DNA from: Octopus bimaculoides
Lineage: Eukaryota
Direction of reading: 5' to 3'
Assembly: GCF_001194135.2 (NCBI RefSeq)
Contig: NC_068982.1
Location: 151,493,187-151,547,944 of the forward strand
DNA: 54,758 bases
Made by a program: the position numbers and the translations under genes. The notes under the pieces are model-generated. The model did not search any database and was not told the DNA's origin. It saw only the letters and a list, made by a program, of their open reading frames with translations. Below are positions 36,450 through 49,516 of this stretch, piece after piece (positions within the stretch are counted from its first letter, which is position 1; each line of letters starts with the position of its first letter).

Positions 36450-39400
36450 TAAATCGTAGAAAGATACTAATATGTGAAAGTAATAGAAACGCGTTTCCTA
36501 TTTATCCCTTTAGAACTATTACAATACAGTTATTATACGGTTTAAATCCATACATGATAAAGAAAACTGCAAATTCATGCAATTTCGTATATAGAATTAT
36601 TGCCTATTGATTTCAGAACCTCTCTTAATGGATGTGTTGAATTTTGCAAAGAGCTTTTTACCCATAACTAATTCGGGAATCGATATAATTCATAATGGCA
36701 AAGAAACATATTGTCTTAGGGCAACACTACACAGATTTTAGGAACGTTCCACTGTTTTGTTTGAGGTTAACATGGGAGCTAAGTACTGGGCAGAAGTGGG
36801 CTATGTTTTGCGAATATATATTCATCATTGCTTACATGCTAAGTTCATGCATATGTACTGGGATAAGAGTCTTCCTAAATATCATGCAGAAAGGTTCATG
36901 AAAAATTTTTCTACTCCTTTGAAAAAATTAAAATTTAGAAAATCAATTTAGAAAAGGCAATGCAAAATACAACTTGCAAAATTCACGATTCTCCTCATAC
37001 GGTCAACCATGAGTAATTACAGTGCATGAACAATTTTCAATCACTCTAATAATATTTTGCATAACCCGGTCAAACGTATCCCCTACGCACATCATATCAA
37101 GCTTCTAAAGAAACCACATTCAATAACTTTTTATAAAGCGTTATTATTTAGTGGATTTACTGAAATAAGGAGATAAAATCGATATAGTCACATTGAAGCC
37201 AAAAAGATTTATTTGTCAAAATATTCTACTCCCCAAACTTCTCTCCAGCATCAAATCGTACACAATATTACTAAGAACACCATGAAAATTTTGATTTCCG
37301 CAAATTTTTCGCAATCCTTATCGAATAGGAGCGAAAATAAATCCTGTGATTGATCCGATACCCAAAATATAATCGTAAAAGCCTTATAGAATGACCACTC
37401 ACTTAATCGTAGAAGTACCTCGAAAGTTTTTATTTAGATACTTGCTTGTCCCGTTATAAACGGGTTCCTTAAAATAAAGGAAAATTGGGTTGTTTTGCAA
37501 ACGGTTTCTTAGGATATTTGTTAACTAAAACCATTAGTGAATGAAGTCTTCCAACTCCTGTTGGACAAATGTATATTTCATTACTGCCCATCGCACATCA
37601 GTAAAAGAATAAAGTCAGTCAAATATGTCAACAAATATCTGACCCCATTTTTTCCTAAATACACAACAAAACAGCTGCAATGAAGTTAGTTATCCAATCC
37701 CAGCTGAGAGCGACATATTTTATCATTCTCAGTAATAAAATATTTCCTACTTTTCAACAATTTAATATCCACTCGGAAAATGGTCAACAAGTTTGTTTTA
37801 ATTCAATATCTTCTACGTAGCAAATGCAATATTCAAGAGATCCATTTATTAAATCACTACTGTGCCATCACACTCCGTTTATCAATACATGGAACAACAA
37901 ACAATAAATCCAACAAAACAATATACTCCTGTTCAAGGTCAATCTGCTATCAATTTTTACCGCGCCGTTTTACCGTGTATATTGTACTCTAGGCAACATG
38001 AATGCTTCTTTCTATGCCTACGTTTCCATGAAGTGCGAGGTTCAAGTTTTTCATGATTTTCAAACATGTTTATTACACCTACAGTAAAATACACCCAGGC
38101 TTTGAAACGGTGGGGAATAATGCCAAAATTATTAGTTATTTTTACTGTGCAATTAAAATTCTATAAAACATCCGTTCCGCCTTAGTTTTGCCGCAAGTAT
38201 TGTGATGATCAGCAGATGTACTTCGAAATGGAAATAAGATGCACTGGTAAAATTTGTTATACTTCTCTCATCTACATTGCGAAATAGAAAATATAGCCTT
38301 CCTAAACTAACCACACTGAAGCCAAAAATCTATCGACAGAAATATTGAGACACACCATACACTTTTGATACATTGCAAAAGACAATGTAAATGCAAAATA
38401 GAAGGCAGTCTATTCTGCTACTTTTACAAGAAGAAGAGGAAATAAGCATCTTTTATATTTCTAGAAACTAGAAATGCCTGTTGAGCTGTCTGTTGTTTGC
38501 TGAAGTTCCTAACGTAAAAGCGATTGTTTCCTCAACCATTGCTTGCACAATCTTTTGAAATATCCTGCCGCATAAACTACTTTCAATCTTCTCATATCCA
38601 TGGACACAGATGATGAATCCATTTGCAACATTGTCAAGAATTCGGGATCCAAATAGGTGTCATATGATCAAGTTATCAGACGGTTACAAGACACTATATA
38701 ATTTACTGAAGTGAATGCATAATAGGTACCAAAAGAAATGTGGAGATACTGGATAGGGAACAATAGTGCCCAAATGGATGGAGAGGCAGTGGCATTGTCA
38801 AGTGGATTCCATTAAACAAGCAAGTGATCTCTAACGGAACATAATCCGAAGTAAGTGCGTACTTTAAATCATTATCCTTTTGGACCAAAGTTGAAATCTT
38901 CCAAAAGTTTAGAAATTTGAATCACCATTTCTATGGGGATCAGTCGTTTTAGCTTGCCAAAAACCTGTTACAAATTGAAGAGAAATGATTTCCTTCTGAC
39001 AGTAATGGCACCATTGATCTAATTGCTATGAGCACAACAGTCAAAGAAGCATATGACTTGGTATCAAGTTTGTTCCCTTAACATTACCTAACATTCAAGT
39101 GCTTAACTGAAAGGAGAATGGTTGCACAAAATATGTTAGGGTCCATAACATTAATAGGCCGTCCATACAGGCACTTCCACGAAATAATTATACTTACAAG
39201 TCAATAGATAATATTAGATTAGAAAGAAGTGTTCAATATTCTTTGAAATCTTAGGGTCAATAGTTACACAAACCTCAGTCACAAAATGTAACCTCACAAA
39301 GATTCTGTATAATTTATGAATGAAAACTGATGGTTAAAGTAGCTTATGCCTGATATAATCAAGCGTAGTCGAAAACGATTTCATTTCTTAACTTTTTACA

Positions 39401-39600
39401 AGATCCCCGAAAGTGTTCTGGTGAATCGAATGAATATACCTGTATTAAAATCAATTCTATGCCATTAGTAGCTGCCTTTCAACCAGGGCAACTTTAGATA
39501 TTCTGGTACTATGTAAATTGTCTGTTTTGCATTTTACCACAATGAAACTTCTAACCGAGTAATGGCTCTATGCATGTGGTGAGGAAGTGTCTGTGTTAGT
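36450..39600 (+). mobile_element. decayed Helitron Rep-helicase (HUH Rep + PIF1-like helicase)
   Basis: Colinear motifs across frameshifts: KRIPYAHHIKLL (~37072, cf. KRGLPHAHIL HUH), KSVKYVNKY (~37612), HSENGQQVCF (~37770, cf. HLENGQRVYF), HECFFLCLRFHEVRGSSF (~37997), AIVSSTIACTI (cf. AVASSGIAATL), ICNIVKNSG, IIY*SECI..RNVEILDR (cf. IIWDEC..LEALDR), EVSAYFKSLSFWTKV, LLQIEEK, LTERRMVAQN, QGNF..CFAF..SNRV. Termini not resolved. Confidence 0.85.
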
Positions 39601-40666
39601 ATAGCACTGTTACAATTCCCTTTCATCGTATTCCACGTGGAAAAAAAAACCCAAAACAATACACTGACACTCTTTTCGATTTGGTATCTGAACCATACAT
39701 ACATTAGGTTATGAAACTAGACACAATACAGCACTAATCATAGCTCATTCAGTCGAAGTCTTATATCTGCAATCATCAGACAATTAATTACTAATTCATA
39801 TTGGCTATTTGTAGAACAAGATTTGAAACATTAATCTAATATTAGCATGCACGAGGTCAAATTAAGATACGGTAATATATCTAATGGCTACTTTCCATAC
39901 ATGGTTATACATTTGGAACAGCGCCGGATATACACTGTCAAAAATACAGTAGCATTTAGTAAATATCGAAATATTTTGTTTTCAATCATTACTTCTATTC
40001 AGATATTCCATGGCATACACATATACAGACACGTATACACGCATACACTCAGGTATAAATACACATACGCGTGCACACATACATTAAAGATATACAAACA
40101 TGCAGAACAAGACATGAAATAAGGTTCATATAAACTATAAGCACATTAAACAGCGTATGTATAATCGATTAACTTGAATATTAAATATTTTAGTTCTGAT
40201 TTACGCTGTGTTGTGCATAAATAAATAGTAAATATGTATTTTATATCTAAATAAGATGAAATAAATGTTTTTCATCGTTTTGGTTGGTTTCACGATTTAT
40301 GCAACCTCTGAACATACTTGTGTTTATAACTGTAAAACTCATATGAAATTTGATAAAGGAAAATATTATCTGTCAATAGCAATTATTTTAATACTTATCA
40401 ATTATAAACGTTACTTACATAAATACAAATAATTAGATATATGCCTTAGTGGAGGTTGAGTGATTGTCTGTGGTTCTTAATTTTCCTATTAGTATTAAGC
40501 GGTATTAGTGAATAGATACAACTTCAGTAGAATTTACCTTCCTGTTATCAGTATTGTAATTTTAGTTCTACTCTTCTTTACATAAACCTGCAAATCATGT
40601 CCGTTACTCTTTTACTGGAGCACAAAACGTACTTTGTCTTGTTGCTGACTTTTTTCTCCCTCCTTG

Positions 40667-40668
40667 AT

Positions 40669-40699
<31 letters not shown>

Positions 40700-40700
40700 C

Positions 40701-40770
<70 letters not shown>

Positions 40771-40787
40771 ATATATATATATATATA
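40667..40787. repeat. (CA)n(TCTA)n(TA)n compound microsatellite
   Basis: Directly visible. Confidence 0.96.
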
Positions 40788-40794
40788 ATGGCTA

Positions 40795-41500
40795 CTTCCT
40801 CGTTCTCAACGCGCTCGTTATATAAATCTTCATCTTAGTATTTTTAGAGATACCACGTTGAGATCGGAAACGCTTTTCCAACTTTCTGAAAGTATCCCTT
40901 TTTTGCTGATTCTTAGCGAGCTTTCATTGTCAAAGGTTCACAATATACTGAAGGTGCTGCCAAGATACACAAACCTGAAGCTTCTAACTATACTCTCGGA
41001 TATCTGGTTCCCAGTATGGCCCTCCTGGCTCGGGCTCACATAAGAAAATAATCTTCTAAAGATTTAGCGTCAATCGTAACGTAGGACAAGCACTGGAAAA
41101 GGAATCTATAATACGTTGCCTGTCTTCTCGAGTGTGAGTAAAGAGATCACAATCATCTGGGTAGAGAAATTCTCTTCGCAGTGACAACATGACTTTGGAA
41201 TCAGCACCGAGGCATCTTATGTTGAAAAGCTTTCCGGATGAATGAAACCTAACATATAGTCTACATGGACACCCACTAAAAGCCGTCATAAACGCCATTT
41301 TAAAATACAATGAAAACAATGTTGCCGCTGGAATATCGCCTTGTTTGACAACATTGTTTACAGAAATAAGATCAGATAGATTCCCATCAATGTTCACCCT
41401 GGATTCCACGCTGTTATACAATTGACAAAGAATTGTCAAATTTATTTGGATATTCGAGTTTCCTCAGTATCTTCCAAAGAGGCTAGCTGCTTATTCTGTG
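40795..41500 (-). mobile_element. RTE-clade LINE RT fragment
   Basis: LWKILRKLEYPNKF, VNNVVKQGDIPAATLFSLYF, RFHSSGKLFNIR, EFLYPDDCDL (YADD decayed to YPDD), FVYLGST, TKMKIY. The insert between QG and YADD is typical of RTE-BovB-like RTs. Confidence 0.87.
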
Positions 41501-41898
41501 CGTGTGTGTAATTATCTAAAGAAATATTTAAGAAATAGATTAACACAAATCTGATGGAAGATGTAAAGAGGAATTTGTGTAGACAGAAGAAGATCATTAC
41601 CAAGTATAGAAAAGATCTGGCAGGGTGCAGAAAGTTTCTGAGAGAACAAAAGAGGAAGTTAAAGAGAAGGTATTAGGCATAGAATTATAACTATAAATTA
41701 CGTTTCAAATCGCATGGATATGTAGCCATTACTGAAAGAGTATGAATATGAAAAGATGTTAGAAAGAACCCCAATACACGCAAAAATGCATTTTACATCT
41801 TACATGAGGTCTGTGTCAGCCCGATTTCCATGATGCCTTTTAGATAATTTTTAAAGCATCTTTCAAAGTAAATATGATCGTATCAAGAATTTTTTCTA

Positions 41899-41935
<37 letters not shown>

Positions 41936-41940
41936 TAAAT

Positions 41941-41999
<59 letters not shown>

Positions 42000-42280
42000 A
42001 CAAAACAAATACACGCACACATACATAAGGTCTCCGTTAGCCAAGTTTTACTCTGTGTCTAGAAAGTTTCTTTCGAAGATTTAAGCATGGGTAAACTTAT
42101 TTATTGTATTGAAGGCCAATATTCGGCCATATTGCAAGTTTCATCTCTTAAGCAAGTTTTCCAAGTGAGCGACACGTGCTGACAGAGTTTAGAACCAGTG
42201 TTATCCCAGATGAACTCATAACGAAAATACCGGAACAAGCGCACTGTGTCCAACGCTGCAACATTTACTTCATCCCGCTG

Positions 42281-42420
42281 CCCAGGGTAGATAATTTATG
42301 GTCTCCCCTCTTGAAGGACAATCAAAACTGACACAGGCGGAATTTAAACTCAGAATGTAAAACGTTAAAACTGAAACAAATACTATATGATGCCCTAACG
42401 ATTCTGCTAATCCGCTGCCT
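42281..42420 (-). mobile_element. SINE family A copy (diverged)
   Basis: ggcggaatttaaactcagaatgtaaa and ctaacgattctgctaatccgctgcct match the head of 25897-26135. Confidence 0.7.
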
Positions 42421-43061
42421 TTGTGTGTTCGTGTGTTTGCATGTCTGAGCGTATGTATGCCTGTATACGTATGTACATGTCTATGTATGCCTGTGTCCAT
42501 GTCTCTTTCTGTCTGTCTATCTATCTGTATTTCTCGCTCTCGCTCTCTCTTTTTATATATAAATATGTGTGTGTGTGTGGGTGTGTATTATACATGTATA
42601 TTTGTACGTAGGTTTTGCATTGTGGTACATATATATAACAATTTCCTGGTCATCTAACACAAACACTTCTGAGTGAATGAAACTATAAGCATTACATAAA
42701 CTAAATATTTTAAAATTACTACGCTAAACATTTACAATACCTTGTATTTGTTTGGCGTTGACGTTTTATTGACAGAACTAATACAATATATTGTGTAAGT
42801 GGCATATTTCCAATTTTCTTCTTGAAATACAGGATTCGACCACCTAAAAAAATGTATTTTCGGACACGTCATATATTTAGATAATAATCTGAATTTTGCT
42901 GTATTTGGCTTCACCGAAATATTCCATACATTCTCTCTTGATGTGCAAATGAAGATTCACATATGATCATTAATAATTGAATGGGGAAACATTCAATTAT
43001 TGTGTATGCTTGTGTGTTTGTGTGTGTTTGTGTTGTCTCTCCTCCCACTCTCTCTCTCTTC

Positions 43062-43114
<53 letters not shown>

Positions 43115-43416
43115 GCTGCCTAAATATGTGTATGTGCGTATATGCGCATGTGTACACGTGTGTTTATGTTTTCATGTTTTTACTGACATTAATCAGTGTT
43201 GTTTATGTTATGTCTCTTCTCTTTCTGAAACTTGCCTGTTTGAAAAGTAGATCAATGAAATAAATACTAGAATCGATATGATCGACTCAACCCTTAGTAT
43301 CCTCTGCGCCATCCAATAACTCAAACCAGTAAAGCAATATAAGAATTGATATATGTATGTATGTATGTATGTATGCATGTATATATATAAATATATATAT
43401 ATGTGTATATATGTAA

Positions 43417-43451
<35 letters not shown>

Positions 43452-43761
43452 TATATACTTACATAATTGCGCACACATGCATATGGGGTGTTAAGCATAA
43501 ATCCAACACAACAAAATAGTACTAATAGAAATAAACAACGCAACGATGTGATAAACATTTGCTATTACATTCTCAAAGAGGTATGTTATTTATTGAAACA
43601 CAGCTATAGGATTCACTACTTCACAAAATTTTACCTTGCATAATACCAATATTTATTGATTTTGTACAGTTATATCTTACCTTGTTTGTCTGTTGAACAT
43701 GCTCTCTCTCACTCTATATATACAACTCATTTTCAGTTATTCTTTTTGGCTATCTCTCAGG

Positions 43762-44631
43762 TATATATTTGAACAGGCATATCATGATTTTCCAAGAGCA
43801 GAGTTATTATAAAGAAATTGGGTTTTGGTCAAGAAATGTTTAACAAGGTCCCACAACAAATACATAGTGCTCATTAGAAGGAGGGTGAAAGCGAATAATA
43901 AAATTTGGAATATTTATTTATTGACAGGAAATGGGGACCAATGGATTCGAATTGTAGATGAATGAAGATGCTGATTAGGGGAATTTAGCGTGCTAGGAAG
44001 AAAAGGTATATATCTTTACAGAGCATTGTAAATGCGAATAATAATCAGGTTGTTTACTGATGAAATGTCTCTTGTCTTCGATAATAATTTTTAGATACAC
44101 TGCCACCCACAAACTACATATGATAGAAATAGCAGTCGTGTGAAGATCCAACGACCTACAATTTCTTTGTCAGTCAGAATGCTTATGCCGAATGCAAAGA
44201 AACCCACATATTTTGCAAGTATGAGGATTACGGGCCAGTGCAGGTGCTATATTTACAACCGCTTTTCTACTTTGCCTTGCACCACTAAACCTATTAATAC
44301 TGGTTGAAACAATGTCTCTTATATCATTTTGACACGACGATCTTCATTTTGTTCGTTCTGAGGCTGTTTGCTTAAAGGTTTTCGTGAGCTGTATTGACTG
44401 CTGAGCGGTTACTCTTCAGCTTGTTCTTATATATGTTGGTCGTCTATGGAGACGACCAACATTTCTGTGCCTACAATCAAGCAGATCGTACATGAAAACT
44501 TTGGGTATTCTCTCGTCAATCATTCTACCGACATGGCCAGTCCAGCGCAATTGCTACTATATAAGGAAGCTCTCAATTCCATCAGTCTTACACTTGCTAA
44601 ACATATCGACATTAGACACCATGTCTTTTAG
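43762..44631 (+). mobile_element. decayed Ty1/Copia RT-RNaseH fragment
   Basis: One frame with scattered stops: YLLTGNG (cf. DDLLITG), LGEFSVLG (DLGE..FLG), KGIYL...IIIRLF, QRPTISLSVRMLMPNAKKPT...MRI (TRPDISFAV.ML...A.NP...KRI), LKGF, SGY..ICWSS.ETTNISVPT (SGY..ISWSSKKQ..VALST), AKHIDIRHHVF (TKHIDIRYHF). No LTRs found. Confidence 0.72.
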
Positions 44632-44743
44632 TGAATAACCAAAGATTGTCCCGTGACAGACTTTATGGAAAACGTTTAGATGGATAATGTTCTACCTATA
44701 GAGTTTCTATTATTTCGAGCCATATAAGAGTGTGCACGTCCGC

Positions 44744-44746
<3 letters not shown>

Positions 44747-44816
<70 letters not shown>

Positions 44817-44854
44817 CGTCTGTGAGTGTGCGTGTGTGTGTGTACATATATATA

Positions 44855-44890
<36 letters not shown>
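44747..44890. repeat. (TA)n(TG)n(CG)n(TACA)n compound microsatellite
   Basis: Directly visible. Confidence 0.96.
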
Positions 44891-44891
<1 letters not shown>

Positions 44892-46212
44892 AGGTTTGAT
44901 TTTAACAAGACACAAGCCACACATTTTAGGTAAGGGAGAAAATTAGATATTGTGGCATTTTTGCATATATTGCATGTGAGCATTAACTGGTTAAGCGAAG
45001 TGGTATGTATCAAGTCAACCGAGAACCAAAATGAAATCATTGGATGTATTTCTTGCTCTGCAATATTTACTAGTATATGCATGAACCATAGATTAAATAA
45101 GGGTTTCTGGCATTGGTATTATGCTGCAACATATGTCGGAACTTAAAAATATTTCATCAACCTTAGTAGAAGACAGATACTATTTTATCGACCGAAGGTA
45201 GCAATGCGAGATTTGAATATACACTGGTAGAGGACCGGACAATATACTGCAAGTTAATATTTTTCATACTCTATCAATGTTCTCATCTATCATCCTTTGT
45301 ACATATTGCATTGCGAATTGACAGTTGATTGAATCAATAGAATACAAAAGTATCTTGGAAGGTTGACTATACCCCGAAAATCCGATTGGGTTTTGCCTTT
45401 AGACGAGACCCATAAGTCTCAAAAGGCTCACTGCATTTATAGGAACAATGTAGTTGTAAACAACCTGAGAACCGTACAATATATGAGTTCCATTAACGTG
45501 TAATGATATATAGTGCAAAAATGTGAATATGATTTAGAGAAGTGGAGAACGATAGTTTCAGCAAGGCTGAATTACCATAGCTGTTTAACTCCAAGTCAAC
45601 CTGATCGATCAGAGTTATAATCTAAGGTATTTCAACCGTGACTGTTCTTTTGCTTTGGAGTATAGTTTATCTTGCATTACATCATCTGATGTATCCTTGC
45701 CTTTTGTAAAACTGTATGTAAAACTGTAGGGCGACATAAAAGAAGTTTGACTCCAATGTTTATAGCATATCGAGGCTACTCTGTAAACTAATTTTCTAAA
45801 GTCACACAAATGTTCACCCTTCAGTGTTATCTGTAAAGTAACGATTGGTAAAGTATTCACTATTACTATTGCCATATTCATAGAAGTACGCCTGTGATGT
45901 AGAGTCCCTTAATACATGCTATCGCGGAGACAGTAGTGAATATTCGATATATTTATTATACGTAACTACAGCAACAAGTGAGCCGGTGCCAGCGAAACTT
46001 CAAAGTCACAGTCAACTTGCATTTCGTTTAAACGTGTATGCGCGTGCGCATATATGCATATGTTGATGTATGATATATAAATACATACATATATGTATAC
46101 ATTTATGTGTGAGTGTGTCTATGTGTACATATTTACATTATCATACAAATATGTATTTATATGCACACGCATATATGTGTGTGTGTGTGTGTGTTTGTGT
46201 GTATTTGTGCGT

Positions 46213-46248
<36 letters not shown>

Positions 46249-46600
46249 ACATTCATGCCATGCGCACAGACCGACATTTTGATGGATGGCTGTTCCGACT
46301 GAAAAATAGTCCAAAATCGATAGCTATAAATAGAGTTTGTGTGTTAACATCATACGAAATCTGCTGCTATATTTAGAGAGGAAATAGACAGTAATTCATT
46401 TACCTCATCCCGCTCCGCACAGAAAACAAAAAAACAAAACAAATTAAGTACAACTATATCTGTCATACGATGTCATAGTTTTACTAATTAAACCACTTTC
46501 TGACAATAAGCTTTGGTTTTGTAGTTGTCTTGGTTTGAGTCACATGAGATTATCATTGCTCTCTGTATGCTTCTGCGCCTCGCTGCCAGTATGTATGACG

Positions 46601-46657
<57 letters not shown>

Positions 46658-47286
46658 NNNNNNNNNNCTAATTAAACCACTTTCTGACAATAAGCTTTGG
46701 TTTTGTAGTTGTCTTGGTTTGAGTCACATGAGATTATCATTGCTCTCTGTATGCTTCTGCGCCTCGCTGCCAGTATGTATGACGATATATATATATACAT
46801 ATAGGGGTATAAACACACACACATACACATGTTTGTGTGCATGTGTATATGTGTGTGCAGGGGTATGTATGTACGGATGGATGGCTAGCTAGCTGGCTAT
46901 CTATTTGCTATCTTTCCGTTCTTTTCTTATCTTTCCATTCAGTATCTTATCCGCCTGGATGCTGGTCCAACACCTTTCTTCCAATTTTCTTTCATTCATT
47001 TTGTTCATCGTATTTATTCATTCTCTCATCTATTGTTTTTCTCTTTCGTCTTTCATTACTACATATTTCTTTTTCCCTTCTTTTTGTCTCTCTTTTTGTT
47101 TTTGCTTTTCTCTTTCTTTCTTTGCTTCTTTCTTTCTTTATACTCCTTCTCCTTTGTTTGTTTGTTTGTTTGTTTGTTTCTTTCTTTAAAGAAATTAAAA
47201 CTTTCTCCTGACTTGTTTGTCGTTTGTATGTATAGAAACCTATACTCGAGTGTTCGTACGTGCGTTCTTGAGTGTGAGAGCGTGTA

Positions 47287-47289
<3 letters not shown>

Positions 47290-47338
<49 letters not shown>

Positions 47339-47394
47339 TGAGAGTGAGAGAGGGATGGAGAGAGTGACAAAGCATTTCTAGTAGTATAAAAGAC

Positions 47395-47491
<97 letters not shown>

Positions 47492-47736
47492 GAGAAAGAG
47501 AGACAGAGAGACAGAGAGACACAGAGAAGAGAGAGGTGACAGAAAAATTATGAGGAATGTAATGTGTGTATATGTATATGTATCTGTGTGTGTGTATCTG
47601 TGTGTGTGTGGTGCATCAGCATGGCCACAGCTCTGAGCTGAAACTTTGAAATGAAATGAAAATATACATATACACACACACACACACACACACAAACACA
47701 CACACNNNNNNNNNNAATGAAAATATACATATACAC

Positions 47737-47803
<67 letters not shown>

Positions 47804-47958
47804 CATACATACATACATACATACATACATAGAGAGAGAGAGAGACTGTGATGTAAATCTTTTATTTTTTATCTTTTAATTCTTTCAGTCATTAAACTGT
47901 GGTCATACAAGGGTAACGCGTTGAGGATTTTTAGTCGAATCCATCGAATCCATTACTT

Positions 47959-47992
<34 letters not shown>

Positions 47993-48087
47993 CGTATATG
48001 TGTGTGTGTGTGTGTGTGTGCATATTCTTATCTCGAACATTCTATTTTGTTTCTTCTCCCAAATTGTATACACATACATACAAACAT

Positions 48088-48131
<44 letters not shown>

Positions 48132-48330
48132 ACACACACGCGCGCGCACACACACGAAAACACACACAAGTGCACGTGTTTATATGTTTTACTATATCGA
48201 TATCAATCACAACATGTATGTTGTGTCTGTGTACATCTATCCAACCATACATACATGCATACATACATGTATATGCATGCACACACACATAATGCATACA
48301 TACATACATACATACATACATACATACATA
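47290..48330. repeat. cluster of (TG), (GA), (CA), (TA), (TACA) microsatellites
   Basis: Directly visible; includes gap 47706-47715 with duplicated flanks. Confidence 0.93.
47608..47660 (+). mobile_element. short LINE/SINE 3' tail stub
   Basis: gtggtgcatcagcatggccacagctctgagctgaaactttgaaatgaaatgaaaat resembles 26158-26200. Confidence 0.45.
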
Positions 48331-48812
48331 CATGTCTTATTGGATGCCGTTAATAGAATTCACTGTTACGACTATTCGGGACATATCTCTGATCTGAGGA
48401 TAACATCCTTTGATTTAAAAATAAAAGAAAAATAATTTATGTGTTTGTAGCTATGGTTACATCTTTAGTTGTTTAGTTTACAATTTTAACCTTTAAATCA
48501 GAGTTTTTATTGCCATATGGGTGCATCGCCCCCCCCCCCACGAACTGATACCGATGCTTAGACACACAGGTGTACACATATGTGTATAAATACATAGGCA
48601 TGTATATGTGTATGCAGACATCCCCCTCTCACACGCACGCGAAACAAAAAATATATCCTAAACAAAGTTAATCAGTCGGCATATCGGAGTGTAATGTGTT
48701 TCAGAGTCGTTATTGGAACTGGACAAAGCAAATGTTCGCTGCTGCTTTGAAGGTCACTTGGAGAGAGCGTGAGAGTGAGAAAGAGATAGATAGAGAGAGA
48801 AGACGGGTCGTG

Positions 48813-48865
<53 letters not shown>

Positions 48866-49031
48866 ATATACATATTAGTCCAGAACGTAGAGTTTGAATG
48901 AAAAGAATCTTCTAGATTCGTTATTTTGATGAAAAGTTTTCTTTACCTGTTGAATTTCGTATATATATNNNNNNNNNNNNNNNNNNNNNNNNNNNNNNNN
49001 NNNNNNNNNNNNNNNNNNNNNNNNNNNNNNN

Positions 49032-49065
<34 letters not shown>

Positions 49066-49409
49066 ATATATACATACATGCACACACATACACACGCACG
49101 CGCTCACACACATTTACAAATACATATTCATTCTTCATGTATATCTCCAAATTTTTTTTCTGTTTTTGCTTCCACTCTCTTTTTCCTTGTCTGTATTTGT
49201 GTGTGAGTGTGTATATGTGTTATATTTTCCAGGACCTCTTCTTGTCAAACTTTTATCTCTGCCTCTATCCCTCGCAGCCTTCCTCTACTTCTTTCTCTTA
49301 CTCACTTCGGTGCCTCTTAATTTCTACTGTCTGCTAATTTCTTTCTTATCTGCATTTATCTATCTCTCAATTTGCCTCTACGTCTTTTACACGCGTGCAA
49401 GCGAACAAA

Positions 49410-49516
<107 letters not shown>

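Noticed and set aside
36960-37880. Minus-strand segments resembling P-element transposase (DTFDRVMQNIIRVIENC) or GPCR TM4 (ILFCWIYCLLF)
   Set aside because: The plus strand carries many colinear Helitron motifs; the minus resemblances are isolated and coincidental.
44416-44462. Hairpin plus CTGA on the minus strand as a Helitron 3' end
   Set aside because: The base after CTRR is A rather than T, and the site lies inside the Copia frame, far from the Helitron.
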